Shown here: positions 52,501 to 64,000 of the stretch, piece after piece
Position numbering within the stretch: the first letter of the stretch is position 1
Layout: the number at the start of each line of letters is the position of its first letter
Source of the DNA: Octopus sinensis
Lineage: Eukaryota
Reading direction: 5' to 3'
Assembly: GCF_006345805.1 (NCBI RefSeq)
Contig: NW_021833076.1
Coordinates: 62,001-126,000, forward strand
DNA length: 64,000 nucleotides
Notes under the pieces: model-generated
Database searches by the model: none
Seen by the model: the letters and a program-made list of their open reading frames with translations, nothing else
Told to the model about the DNA's origin: nothing
Translations under genes and position numbers: made by a program

Positions 52501-54270
52501 ATGGTGCGTAGTATCTATATTTCTTTATTATTTAAATCCTTAATAATATCTCATTATTTTTAGACCAGCACAATATATTACAGATTAAAGACAGCCTCAA
52601 ATTACGAAACTGTCCAATTTGAGGGTGATAGAATCTCCTTACTTGGTCTAAAAAGCATTCTTTCAAAAAGGAACAACCTCCTCCTAAAATCAGGACTTTT
52701 TGACTTGGTAGCACAAGACGAGAGAACATTAACCAGTAAACATAACTACAAGACTGTTAGAATATGAATGTGACAGTGACCTTATATCCTCCGACTCCCG
52801 TCTCTCCATTTCCCGGATACCGTCAACACGGAAGTTGCCGACCCTTTCGAGTGACCCTCCGAGAGTATCCGTGGTTTGTATTCTGAATGAATGTGTAGAC
52901 AGCCGAGAATGTCCACAAGCCACCCATAGAGCCAGTAAAGTCGAATTTGGTGGAGAATGTGAATAAAATATATTTAAATAACCAGCCACAGGCATTTCTG
53001 GACGAATGTGAGAAGATCAAGGCTCTGACGGAAGACCCCAAGTACGTGAATATGCACGGGAAACCTCTCCCGACTGGGAAACTGCCTCCGAACTACATTT
53101 GTCACAGATGTGGGGAACCAGGCCATTGGATACAGAATTGTCCGAGTATAAAAATAGTATTAGTTTGGCTAACGGAAGGGCCCTGATGGACGTCCTCTCC
53201 GGTCAGAGAATCAATTACAGCCAGTAAAGCGCAGTTTTGGAATTCCCAACTCGTTTCTTCGGCCTGTGAATGACCCCAATCAGCCGGGGGCAGTCCTGAC
53301 GAGAGATGGACAATATGCAGTTCCCCTTATCGACGCGTACTTGGTGGTGTGTCATGTGCAGTGAGGCATATTCACGTGGAAAAAGGGAGAGACCCCCCTT
53401 TGTGGAGAACGAGTGCAAAGTGGAGACCAAAAAGGAACATATTCCGCCAGAGTTGTTATGTCCATTGTGTTCTAAGCTTATTGACGACGCGGTCGTGCTG
53501 CCATGCTGTCACGAACCAGTGTGTGATAAATGTGCTTGTTTGTTTGATAAGGATTAGGCATCACAGAGGCACTTCTTAGTACTGATGACCATCGTTGTCC
53601 TCTTTGTAGTCAGATGGACGTGTCACCCTGTCAATTACTCGCCAATTTGTTTCTTAGAAAGAAGGTGGATGAGTACAGAAGTATGTCTGTCACTAAACGT
53701 TATCTTGATTCGATATCGTCTAATTTGCCTGTTGATGTGTAATGTATGTGTATGAAGGGTAGAGACAGACCTCGGTCATCTCCTGTCGGCAAAGATAATG
53801 AAAGGGGCAGGGGAGTCACTAAAGAGGCCGTGGACAGTTTTATACGGCAGGATCCCTTGATGTCTCTCCCAGCAATGGCTAGTATGATGTACTACCATAG
53901 AATGATGATGCCGTACTTTCCTCCTTTTGGAATGCCTATTAGTATGGCCGTGTGTCAAATGTGTAGGTAACAAGCCTCGTCAGTTGACCAAGGAAGAGTT
54001 TTATGCACTTAAGGAGTCATATCGACAACAAAACTCGAGTCCCAGTTCCACTTATTCGAAGAAAAAGAGATCGCCCAGACGACATGAGTCGAGGTTGGTG
54101 GGACATGGCATTGTAGGAGGCGTGATAAAAGTAGAAACCAGTTGGATGATGTACGCAAGTCGGACTACAAGTCGCCCAATTCGGTCTCCACTAATGATTC
54201 TCGGGCGAGGAAGAGTAGACATCATTCTCGGTCACATCGTAGAAGAAGTCGACGTTCTGTTTCTGATTAA
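52501..54270 (+). CDS. RBBP6: RBBP6/Mpe1 (DWNN, zinc knuckle, RING, RS tail)
   Basis: DWNN (TIYYRLKTASNYETVQFEGDRISL), PPNYICHRCGEPGHWIQNCP, RSFGIPNSFL, IPPELLCPLC..DAVVLPCC and an RS-rich end. The first coding exon is ATG only, followed by a 60-nt intron. Confidence 0.92.
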
Positions 54271-54479
54271 TAAATACAATTTTGTTTTTATTTCTTAATT
54301 GAATAGTTTTATTTAATCAATTTTACCTATAAGGATTGTGCAAATGGTACATGTAGAATTTTAAAATTGATTGGTCCATGGCGAAACCAGCGGTCTGGGC
54401 TCCGGCTGCAGGAGAGGGGGTGAAAGCCTTTCACGTCCACCGTACCTCCGCATCGACAGGATCTTTAGGGGAGCGAAGA

Positions 54480-55390
54480 CCGATCCCTCAGAACCTCACG
54501 GGAAGTTTTGCTTGCGACCAACCGATTTCCTATCTGCAGCCTCTTACTCGCCCCTCTGTGTCTTGCACGCTCAACTCATCAGAAGATGAAATCAAGTTCT
54601 CAATTCGAGCTTTTGGTAAATGCAGCTGCGGGGGACTTGATGGCCTCCACCTGGGCCACATCAACGACCTCACTTCTCCCTTAACTGGCGAGGCAGGCAA
54701 CTCTCTGATATCCGCTATAGCCGCTCTAGCCGGTAAGATACTGAACTGGGATATCCCTTACTATGCGAGGAACATGCTTTTCTCAGCACATCTACTTGCA
54801 TTCCGGAAGAAGGATGGCGGAATCTATCCCATAGCAGTTGGAAATTACTCCCGCCGCCACGTATGTCCCCGCCTAAGTTTCGAATTTGCTCCTATCAACT
54901 CGGGGTGGGAGTCGCCAACGGTTGCGAGGCCGCGGTTCACGCAGTCAGAAGTCTTTTCCTTTTTAACAGCACACTCAAGTCCTCCTACGCAGCTGTGAAA
55001 CTCGATCTTCGCAACGAATTCAACAGTGTGAAGAGAGACTATATCCTCGAGGCTTGCCTCAAAAGGGCTCCGGAAATCGCCCATTTGGTTTTCCTATCCT
55101 ACGGCGAAGAGAGCACGTTCATCTTTGGTAATGAAATAGTCCACTCCCAGACAGGAGTTCAGCAGTGAGACCCGCTCGGGCCCCTCCTCTTTGCACTTGC
55201 AATGTGCACTCTGTTGAATCTTCGTTCAATCTATGGTACTTGGATCCTCGGTTTGTGGATCTATCGATGATATATCCAGCAACCTCTTACACCTAATTTC
55301 TGCCCACGAACACCTTAGGCTTAAAGTAAATAAAGAAAAATGTGAGCTCATAAATGTCAACTACCCGCTGGCAAATTTTTCGACTCAAAA
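54480..55390 (+). mobile_element. Degenerate CRE-clade non-LTR retrotransposon RT fragment
   Basis: GGLDGLHLGHINDL, FRKKDGGIYPIAVG, QLGVGVANGCEAAVHA, KLDLRNEFNS and GVQQ*DPLGPLLFALA; frameshifts and a stop. Confidence 0.85.
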
Positions 55391-55519
55391 AAGTCAAATG
55401 GTACATTTTTGTATAAAATATTGTTTTTATTTCTTAATTGACTTATCTAATTTAATCAATTTTTATTTGGTTGAAAGCATTCAACACGTCGTTTAATGCT
55501 ATCGAAGTTGCTAATATAG

Positions 55520-55650
55520 TTTGTGGGTCATGTTTTCGCTGTCATAATTTTGGTTACATTGCATCTTTCTGCAAGGAGTCTCTGCGCTTTTTCCTATGTG
55601 GGGCATGCATAAATCAGATAATTGTCCTTCCGTGTGTCAATTGTCAATTG
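55520..55650 (+). mobile_element. LINE ORF1 zinc-knuckle relic
   Basis: CFRCHNFGYIASFCK...CVNC pattern. Confidence 0.45.
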
Positions 55651-55715
55651 TGTCAATTTTTTCTGTTTTTTGAGCCATTTCGAAGTTTATCTTCTGTAAC
55701 CATTTATCGAAAATA

Positions 55716-56481
55716 TCAATCGTCATCCAAGCATTTTTTGATGCAGTGTACAAAACCTAAAAATAATCTAATACAACATACTCCATAATCTTCAGTTTTT
55801 ATATTTTTTAAGCATCTTGGAGATTTGAATTTCCCGATAACAAGGGGCTTTAATTTCTCACCCCCAAGGCTGCAGCATAAAAGAACCGAAACTCGTTCTT
55901 TACTTTTTGTTTTACCGAAACAGTTATCATTCGAAGACACAAATGATTTACATGAATTCTTTTTGACAAAAAGGGATGTTTCGTCACAGTTGAAAATATC
56001 TTTTTTCTCGAATTTATCAAATAAATTGTCGTACTCATTAAAAAAATCTTCGATCTTATCTTTGTCGCACAAGTTCTTTTCTCCGGAAATTACTTTAAAC
56101 AGTCATTCGTGACGTTTTTTAAAACGATCCAACCATCCATTCGATGCTTTAAAATTATCGAAGTTAAGGTTCGATGCAATTTTTTGCAACAGTTTTCAGG
56201 AGAAATCCTGAAACTGAAATCCCATCTTCTCTCAAATTTTTAAAAACTTCAAAGACTAATCGATCAATTCGAATAGAAAGATCTGATTCAAAGTTCTTAA
56301 ACGAGTGTTCATCAGAGCACGTTTCTGCTTTTGAAAATCCTTTTCCAATTTCTTTTTTAATTCTTGAGACAGTTCCTTTCCCAATATTATATAATCGACA
56401 AATTTTTCTTTCAGAAATATCTCCTTTCATTAATGATTCGGAAATCGTTTGCTTCAAGTTCTGACTAAGCTTCGCTGGCAT
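55716..56481 (-). mobile_element. Tigger/pogo transposase fragment, related to 3927-5559
   Basis: HTH (ISERKICRLYNIGKGTVSRIK), KASNGWLDRF, FNCDETSLF and KERVSVLLCCSLGGEKLKPLVIGK. Truncated; TIRs not found. Confidence 0.85.
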
Positions 56482-56552
56482 GCTTAAAAATATTTAAAAA
56501 TTAATAAAATAAAGAATAAAAATGAAATAATAAATTTTAATATTATCGATTA

Positions 56553-57008
56553 GCCCCAGTAGCTGAAGACTATGGATGTTGGAATTCAAACGTCGTGGGT
56601 TCGAATCCGATAGAACCAAGTTTTCAGCCGGGGTCAAATCTTGTCAACGTTCCCCACCCGTGAGGCGATGAGTCCATCTGGCACGACACAGATGTCGAAA
56701 GGGGGACCTCCTACCTTCCCCTGATCACATTACCGATGAAGAATCTCCATTATGCAAAAACCCGTCCGGATTCAAATGAAGTGCGGTGAGCTACGGTAAG
56801 AGGCTGACAAATGGGAACTGGACATACCAGAAATTCCCCACCTCTCTTTGGAGACGGATGGCTGTAATGAAGATTTGGAGGCTAATGTTGATCGGCACAA
56901 GCAATCCCTTCGTTCCTTGCTCCTTCATTTGATTAGTTAGTTGTGACTGTTTGTGCTGGGCTTGCCATGTTGTGCAAGCTTGGGGGTTATAAATAATAAT
57001 AATAAATA
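56553..57008 (+). mobile_element. tRNA-derived SINE, full length (about 455 bp)
   Basis: tRNA-like head with degenerate A box (tagctgaag) and B box ggttcgaatcc (56598-56608), a structured body, a 3' part shared with 43113-43322 and a (TAA)n tail. Confidence 0.8.
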
Positions 57009-57479
57009 CAGTGTTTGCAATGCAAACAAAAGCAGCTGAAGATGAAGGCTAACTACTTTAATTGAATAGCCAAAATTGACGCTAAAATTATAATTTGACA
57101 AATTCTGATGACGTAAAGCATCCCAGTGGATATCAACACATTGTTAATAATATCACTCAATTTAATAAGTGCCACATTTCAACAAAGATTTGAGATGTTA
57201 AAATGATTTTTGGTATAAAAAGAAACCCACTTTCAGAACTGTCGAATAAACATGTTTAGTAACTAATGACTTGGAGATCTCAACTCCCAGTTTGGATGCC
57301 TTATCCACTGTCGTAGGCGGCCTTGATCTCTGAAAGTTAAGTTTCCAAAACTTGCAAAGTAACACTGGAAGTTTTGTAACCATTTGCAACAGCATGGCTA
57401 TGTGAATCTGGATTTTCATCTTTACTATATATAAAAAAGAAACTCTCTTGGTTTTGAAAAGAATTGCATTGGCTAGAAT

Positions 57480-58330
57480 TTGATCTTACTCAAGATGTAC
57501 TTCACCAGAATTATTCATGAGAGAATGCAGGGGAAAGTACCACATGTGTACAAGCATCCATTGTTTTTATTGGTCAATAAAATACGCTTCCTGAAGGGAG
57601 CATGGTGTGGTTGTCCTTGATGTGCTCAGTGCAACTGGGGAGGCCATGAGGGAGTTGTTGATGGAGCCTGGAGTGTAGAAAAAGGAGGACCTGCCTCCCG
57701 GACTGTAACACCGTGGATGTTGCCTACTCTCTCACTGCCGGCCGAGTCAACGAAGGACAGCTGAGTGAGTGAATAAGGAAACATACTACATTGAATATTG
57801 CATAACTGGGAGAGGACGTGGGATTGAGGGCAGTCAAGCACACTCGCTGTTGTTTGTTGCCTGCCAGTGGAGAGGACTGAGAGAATGGAGACGTACTGCC
57901 TCAATTTCTCAAAAGTATAATTGGGCAGTAAAGAAAGGTGAATCCGAGTGGGAAAGTGGTGAAGGTGGGGATACTGGATAGGAAAAGTAAGTGAGAAGTA
58001 GAAAATATACTTCATCGACACGGGCGGGGGGAGCGCGGACGTCCTTCGCGAAAGTAAGGAGTGTGGTAAATGGCAGGGAATGGGGGAGTAGCGGCTGATT
58101 CCGAAGAGGACCCTGACGATATTCGAGATATGGACTGGGAATGTGGAATTATGGGAAAATGCGACTGTGGAGGTTGTGGGAGTGAGTGACTGGCAGTCTG
58201 ACCAAGAATTACCTGCAATTGGGGAACAGGAAGGTAAACAAGGCCTTGTAGGCAAACATGGGCAAAGTAGGCCTGTTTGGTCACTCCGAGAGTAACTTTC
58301 TGACTGTCTACAAAACGTGTGTACAGCCAA
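57480..58330 (-). pseudogene. Degenerate kinesin motor fragment, kinesin-6 (KIF23/KIF20)-like
   Basis: QSHVLS, QLSFVDSAGSERV...VREAG|SINNSLMA and an LPFR-like motif. No P-loop found, DLAGSE is DSAGSE, and there are single-base deletions in C runs. Confidence 0.55.
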
Positions 58331-58417
58331 ATTAATATAAATATCTATTTTATTTAATTAAAACAAATTAATATAAATCAATATTTGAATTAATCGTTCT
58401 TGTTCGTCATTGTGAAA

Positions 58418-59367
58418 ATGCGAATAATAAACAGCAGACAATGCCACGCACCGCAGTGTAAATTCCAAAGCAGACCCAATTCAAATTACTGCGGAGTTGC
58501 CTGTGGAATAGCACTGGCTCACAAGTAAAAGTAAATATAATACTAAGGCGCCTAAAAGATGCTTTCAAGGACAACGAATCATTAAGAACAGAGACTACCT
58601 ATGCTGCAGAGTCACACGACCTCACAATTATTGCCCAAATAAAGAAGGATATCGCCAAAGTTCAGCTCTCCCTTCTCGAGACTGAATCCAGACGGAAGGA
58701 CCTGCTGGAACTAATCGAAAGAGGAAAGAAAATCCCAATAGAAGACACATATCAGGTTGCCTAACCCAGTCCCACGTACAGGAGGAGAATGAGAGTGACA
58801 GACACGTCATGAATTGTTTTATATGTGGAAGTGAAGTATTGACGAGTGCATATTCCCGTCATGTCGATAAATGTTTCAGAAAAGTAAGCAAATTGAATGA
58901 ATTCAGTGCGAATCCAAGACTTTCTGTTCATCTCACTTTCGTTCACGAATGGAGAGTGTGTTGTGTGATAAATACAGTGCTTCCTCCAAGTCGTACTGCA
59001 AGCGACTCAAACTGCTCTGTCCAGTCCATTCCAAGCCATTTCCTGTTGTGGGGATAATTAATGTTTAGAGGAGGGCGGAGGAGGTTTGTGGCTTCCCTGA
59101 TGAGGGGAGTATGGCGTGTGGAGTGAGTAGGGATGTGTACTCGTTTTGTGCCACATCTGCCAAGAAATGTGGCCTTCATGCTGACTGGGATCGGCTGGCT
59201 TTGGGGAGGATAGATTTGGAGAAAGTGCGGCTGGTATTTTAGTTTTGTCAGGTTAGAATATCGCCAAGGAGGAGTTGTTTGAGAGGGAGAGGAGGCACAG
59301 GATGGAGATTGCATCCAGGGGGGGTATTCCGGCCATTTTCCTTAATCTGACTCAAAAACTGAATTAA
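58418..59367 (+). CDS. CXXC1: CFP1/Spp1 (COMPASS subunit), C-terminal region only
   Basis: QCHAPQC...SNYCGVACGIALA, CFICG...RHVDKC, LCDKYSASSKSYCKRLKLLCPVHSK, EVCGFP, LHADWDRL..GRIDLEKVR and EELFERE match the CFP1 C-terminal half. Five canonical 23-26 nt introns; open frame. Confidence 0.88.
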
Positions 59368-59885
59368 TGAATTGGGACTGTCCTGGGTGACCATGTTAAA
59401 ATATTTATTATTTTTTTCGAATTCGAAATAAATTAGAAATTATAATAATTATGGATTTTTGAAAATGTTTTTTTTTCTTCTTATCTCTGATAATAAATTT
59501 GTCTTTTAGCTGATTTTCGAGGACGTAAATTCTTATTCTGGAGGTTAATAATTCGATTTCTAACTCGTTTAGAATATCTGTTGATTTGTATTCTTTGCCC
59601 AATCTTGTGTTTCTGATTTGTAGGGTTTGTGACATGAATGAACCGAACTTCAATTTGAATTTTGTGACCCAATTTGATTTATTTAAAAATTATTTAATTT
59701 ACTTAAATCAAGTAAAAAATAATCAGAGTTTTTAAAAGTGTTAAAAAAACAAAATTCTTTAAACTTACTAAATTAGCTGAGTATTGAAATGAGTAAAAAA
59801 TGATGTTTTATAATAAATTTTTAATAGTAAATTCAGTTTCATATAAAGAAGAATTAAAAATGTTAAAACCAAGTGAAATAGAGTA

Positions 59886-61205
59886 ATGCTCAGCCAAGTT
59901 GAACAAACTTTCTTCTCTAAAAACTCTGAAGGATGGACAACATTTTACAAAGTATAGTCCAGTTGACCACCTCAGAGACAAATATGCGAGTTTTCCTGCA
60001 ATCACTACGAAGAATGCTCTCATGCCCAACACTTTATTAAAAACCGGAAGAGAAACCGTTATTCGGACATTCTGCCTTGTTGTGTGCCATTTCACATTAT
60101 AGCTGCCAAGAACAGAGTCATTTTGAAGAATGTTTCAGAAGACTACATCAACGCCAATTATATAGTTATTGGACAAGTCAGTCGCAAATATATTCTCACT
60201 CAGGTTTGGTTTCAGTATTAGTTAGGCCCCTCTTGATTACACTGCCGGACATTTCTGGCTGATGGCACTCCAGAACAAGTCAGAGACCATCGTTATGCTT
60301 ACCAAATCAAATGTGTCTTTATAAATATAATTTATAGACAGAGCGCTACTTTCCAACCAGCACAGATATAGGGATGGTTTTCCCCACTGAGGATATATCC
60401 GTACAGTTGGTTGATGTACAAGCCTACCCCGCCTTTGTGTGGAGAAACATGCGAGTGGAACATAAGGTTGGGTTAATTGTATTTTTGAAGGAACAAGTCC
60501 TGTTTGTGAGGCACTACCAATTCGACTGCTGGCCTGATTTCGGAATTCCTGACGATTTAACTGATTTTATGCAGTTTCTGGCCTTTCTTCGGTCGAGGAA
60601 GGATCTTGAAAGTTCTAAAATGCCTATAATACACTGCAATGCTGGGGTCGGGAGATCAGGATGCTTTGTTCTGATAGACTCGACCATTTTGGAGGTAAAG
60701 AGTGGTCCGTATGTCTGATTGAGTTGTATTATCAAAATGAGAGTTCGATGCAAGTCGACGTTGAGCAGAATCTTATTAATCTGAGAAGACAGCAATTTCA
60801 CCTCGTCAAGTCCCCGTCTCAACTTGCTTTTTGTTACCAGGTCGTCTTGGTCACGGGAAAACTCATTTTGGAAGGTCACGATTGGATTTTCAACGTTTTT
60901 GTTAATATTGACTGTAGTACCTGGGAGACGGTCTCCAGTCTTGTTCTGTTTCGGAAAGACGTCGAAACAAATCTGATGATGAGTGGGACGAGGAAGAGTC
61001 CTCGGATGATGAAGGAGTTATTTACACGTTCTTTTATTTTAAATATCTTAGAATTGATGAACAAGATTTTAGTATAGCTGATTTATCTGCTGAGTGTTCA
61101 GAGGGGTCTTATCCTCGTTGGGGCATTTATTTAAATTGGTACACTCTGGCTGGGATGTCGTTGATGTTAGCCATTTGTGTGTCTTTATATTATAAGATTT
61201 TTTGA
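59886..61205 (+). CDS. PTPN1: Non-receptor tyrosine phosphatase, PTP1B/TC-PTP type
   Basis: GWTTFYK, KNRKRNRYSDILP, DYINAN, YILTQ|APL, WPDFG, HCNAGVGRSG and a hydrophobic C-terminal anchor. PTPN1 versus PTPN2 is not resolvable here. Confidence 0.88.
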
Positions 61206-61270
61206 TGTAATATAAAAAATTAATTGTCCTTTCCATGTGTTAAAAAGAGCTCCTAGAAATAAGTGGCCTA

Positions 61271-63187
61271 CAGTAAAGCCTCTGGTGCTCGCCACCTCTG
61301 TTACTCGCCACCTCTATTGCTCGCCACATATTTTTCAAAAAATTAAAAATTTCTAGTAAATTTTGATAAATATTCTATTGCTCGCCATTTTCTAAATCTC
61401 GCAATTAATTTTTTAAAATATTTTTTTGGTTAAACTATTTTTTATAAAATATTTCATCCACGCTAAATTCAATATGCGTAAGTGCGCAAGATTGTCTTTT
61501 AATGAAAAATGTCGCATTATTGCGTACATGGAGGAGAACAAAAGTCTCACGATGGACCCTTATAGCTTACATTTTTTCTTCTGTTTTGAAGAACAAAATA
61601 TCTCGAAGGGCTGTGAACGATTTAAGACTTGGAAAAGAGAAAATAATGTCTACTGATCCTATTTTCTCCAATAAGAAGAGATTATCTAATCTAACTTATT
61701 CTGTTATTGACACCGAACTATTAACTTGGATGGAATATATTGAGCTTAGAGGGGGGTTTCTGGACGATAATTCAATTTTGTTGAAAGAAAAGAACATTGC
61801 TAATATTTATGGAATTAAAGAGTTTAAAGCCAGCAATGGATGGCTAAGCAAGTTCAAGATACGGAACAACTTAAAATTGAGGACTTTACATGGAGAATCA
61901 GGATCTACTGCAGTTGATCAGAAACAAGAAATTGATGCATTTACTTCTTTGATCTCTGCAAAGATTCGACAATATAATGCTGAAAACATTTATAACGCTG
62001 ATGAAACTGGGATTTTTTACAAATCTATCCCTTCAAAAAGTGTTTGTCAGAAGGTCCCATATGGACATAAAATCCTTAAAGAATGGTTTAATTTTTATTT
62101 ATTTTTTTAGATTTTCTTTGTTGCTATGCTCAAATATGACTGGGACAGACAAAAAATTCTACTTATGATTGGAAAGTTCCAGAAACCTCGCTGGTTTAAA
62201 AATTTTAAAGTCGAAAATTTTGTCGATTACTGTCATTCACCAAAAGCATGGATGACAAGTAAAATTTTTAAGGAATGGCTTTTAACATGGGATAGGCATC
62301 TAAAGAAACGAACAAATTCTTTTAGTTGTAGATCGATGCCCATCCCATAAACTTTACGCTGATTTACAGTCAATTGAAGTTCTTTACCTACCTTCGAAGA
62401 CTACAACAATTCTACAACCAATGGATCAAGGAATCATTAGATCCTTCAAAGGACATTTTAATAAACTTAAATTTGAGTTAATGTTAGAAAAAATTGAAAA
62501 TGGAAAAAATCCACTGGAAGCACATAAAAAATTAACATTAAAAGACGGTCTTCTTTTTACATATTTTGTCTGGAAAAAAGTAACGACCAAAACAATTACA
62601 AATTGTTTCGAACATTCAAAATGGATCGAATGTGAAAATCAACTCGAAAGACCAACTGTTGAAATTGATAATTATGATCAAATGGTAAATATCTTGAAAA
62701 TATTGGACCGTCTGGATAAAGATGTTTTTATTAATCATGAATTTACCGAAATAGATGAAATTGAAGATTACCTTAATATTGCTGGAGATTCTTTTTCACA
62801 AAAATATGACGATGAAGATACTCATAATGACGAATCTCATGTGAATTCAGAAGAGGCTTTGAAAATGTTGAAAAGAATAAAGTCATTCTTTTATCAAAAT
62901 GAAAATTTTGATATAAATTCGTTGGAACTAATCGACACCGTTATTAGAAATATGGCTGAATTAAAAAAAACTATTAAATATTTTTTTAGTTAATTTTTTC
63001 CTTTTAATTTCTTTCAATTCTCTTTGTTTCTTCGCTCAAATATGACTTGAAAGGCTCACTTATGATCGGAAAGTATCGAACACGGAGATGTTTTCAAAAT
63101 TTCAATGTCAACAAATTTATTGATTATTTATATTGCTCGCCATTTTTTCTTCGGTCCCGAAAATGGCGAGCAATAGAGGCTTTACTG
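61271..63187 (+). mobile_element. Tigger/pogo DNA transposon, full length, inactivated, with a 25-nt intron
   Basis: TIRs cagtaaagcctct / agaggctttactg flanked by TA; subterminal ctcgcca repeats. Transposase has KASNGWLSKFKIR, YNADETG, KAWMTS, VDRCPSH and LQPMDQGII; frameshifts. Confidence 0.93.
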
Positions 63188-64000
63188 TACCTTTATTTTG
63201 TGCATCAATTTATCTACGAATAAAACGCCTCATCTTTATCTTATTTTTTCCATGTGAACAGAAACCTCTCTGACGACTAATCTACGGAGACAATTAAAAG
63301 AAAACACCAAAATACCGTAGATAATATGGTCCAGGATGTGCTTGGAGCACATGAAATGGTCACTGGTGACTTCTTAGTTCATCTTCTATCGTTCCAGGGC
63401 TTAATTGACAAAGTTAACAGTGAAGACCGGAAACAATGGGCTTGTGATGTCGTCAGTTTAAAAGGATACCCAGGGGTGGATGGCCACTAATTACCCAGTC
63501 CTTCAATAAGAAGTTTGGGACATCGAAATCGGTAGCCAACCTCAAGGCCTTGCTTTCAACTAGAAATGCTGGAAACCCAGTATGTGGCCTGCTACCTGAA
63601 CAGGCTGAAATCTCCATTTTTGGAAAATGTTTTGAAGAATTTTGTTCACAAATTGGGCGAATACGTACAACCGAAAGGAAGCTCCGTTTCCCAACAAGGA
63701 AAATTCCAAGAGAACTGTTGAAAAAGTGATGAAACCACTACTATATACGATAAAGAGAAAAGGAGAAGGCTCAGGACGCTTAAAAATCGTTTTTGCTTCA
63801 AAGTTCCTTAAAAAACGTATATAAAAGTTGGAAATCAAAAACTGCGTTTTTTTACCCTAGAAGAAAGTGAACTAAAGTTAAAAATTATTGAGGTATTCAT
63901 TTTAAAACAATTGAAGATCGAGCATATGAATACTCATTTTGGTAGAGACAGAAATATATTCGGTAACAAGGGAAGAAATTTGTAGTGTGATAGAAAAATG

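Noticed and set aside
56553-56620. tRNA gene
   Set aside because: Has a B box and T-arm-like sequence, but no complete cloverleaf, acceptor stem or clear anticodon arm. It runs into a repeat body with a tail, so it is a SINE head.
56735-56800. Second hammerhead (ccgatgaag...ggattcaaa) in the SINE
   Set aside because: The best pairing (ttaccg/cggtaa) consumes the core bases and G12 is missing; treated as an ordinary stem.
63560-63838. Short ORFs at the window end
   Set aside because: No recognisable homology and the context is truncated.

Overview
This is compact eukaryotic (metazoan) genomic DNA, not prokaryotic; no CRISPR, rRNA or functional tRNA gene was seen. About 17 recognisable genes are packed with intergenic gaps of roughly 40-350 bp: CWC25, beta-TrCP, a 4-RRM protein, a PIM-like pseudokinase, NCAPH, RAB3, DERL1, VCP, kinesin-13, ENSA, FRY, HRD1, a TSSK-like kinase, a VAMP7-like SNARE, ANKMY1, RBBP6, CXXC1 and PTPN1/2. 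The genes are split by tiny spliceosomal introns, mostly 20-28 nt in the several dozen I reconstructed by hand. That size and gene set best fit a dicyemid mesozoan or similarly reduced parasite (inference); if the scaffold is labelled as cephalopod, parasite contamination is likely. Mobile DNA includes three Tigger/pogo elements, a Charlie-type hAT, an Ingi/Vingi-like LINE with TSDs, R4-like, CRE-like and RTE-like remnants, and a tRNA-headed SINE in two copies. The most interesting signals are: (1) apparently length-defined micro-introns with relaxed splice sites, including candidate GA-AG, GG-AG and GC-AG introns in NCAPH, DERL1 and VCP; (2) a LINE that begins at an HDV-like ribozyme fold and carries a 2A ribosome-skipping peptide; (3) a SINE with an internal ribozyme-like fold; (4) a CFP1 lacking its PHD and CXXC domains; (5) a transposase with a host-sized intron. 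All gene models and family assignments are manual, from remembered family motifs. Small deletions in RAB3 and other genes mean assembly error must be excluded with raw reads.
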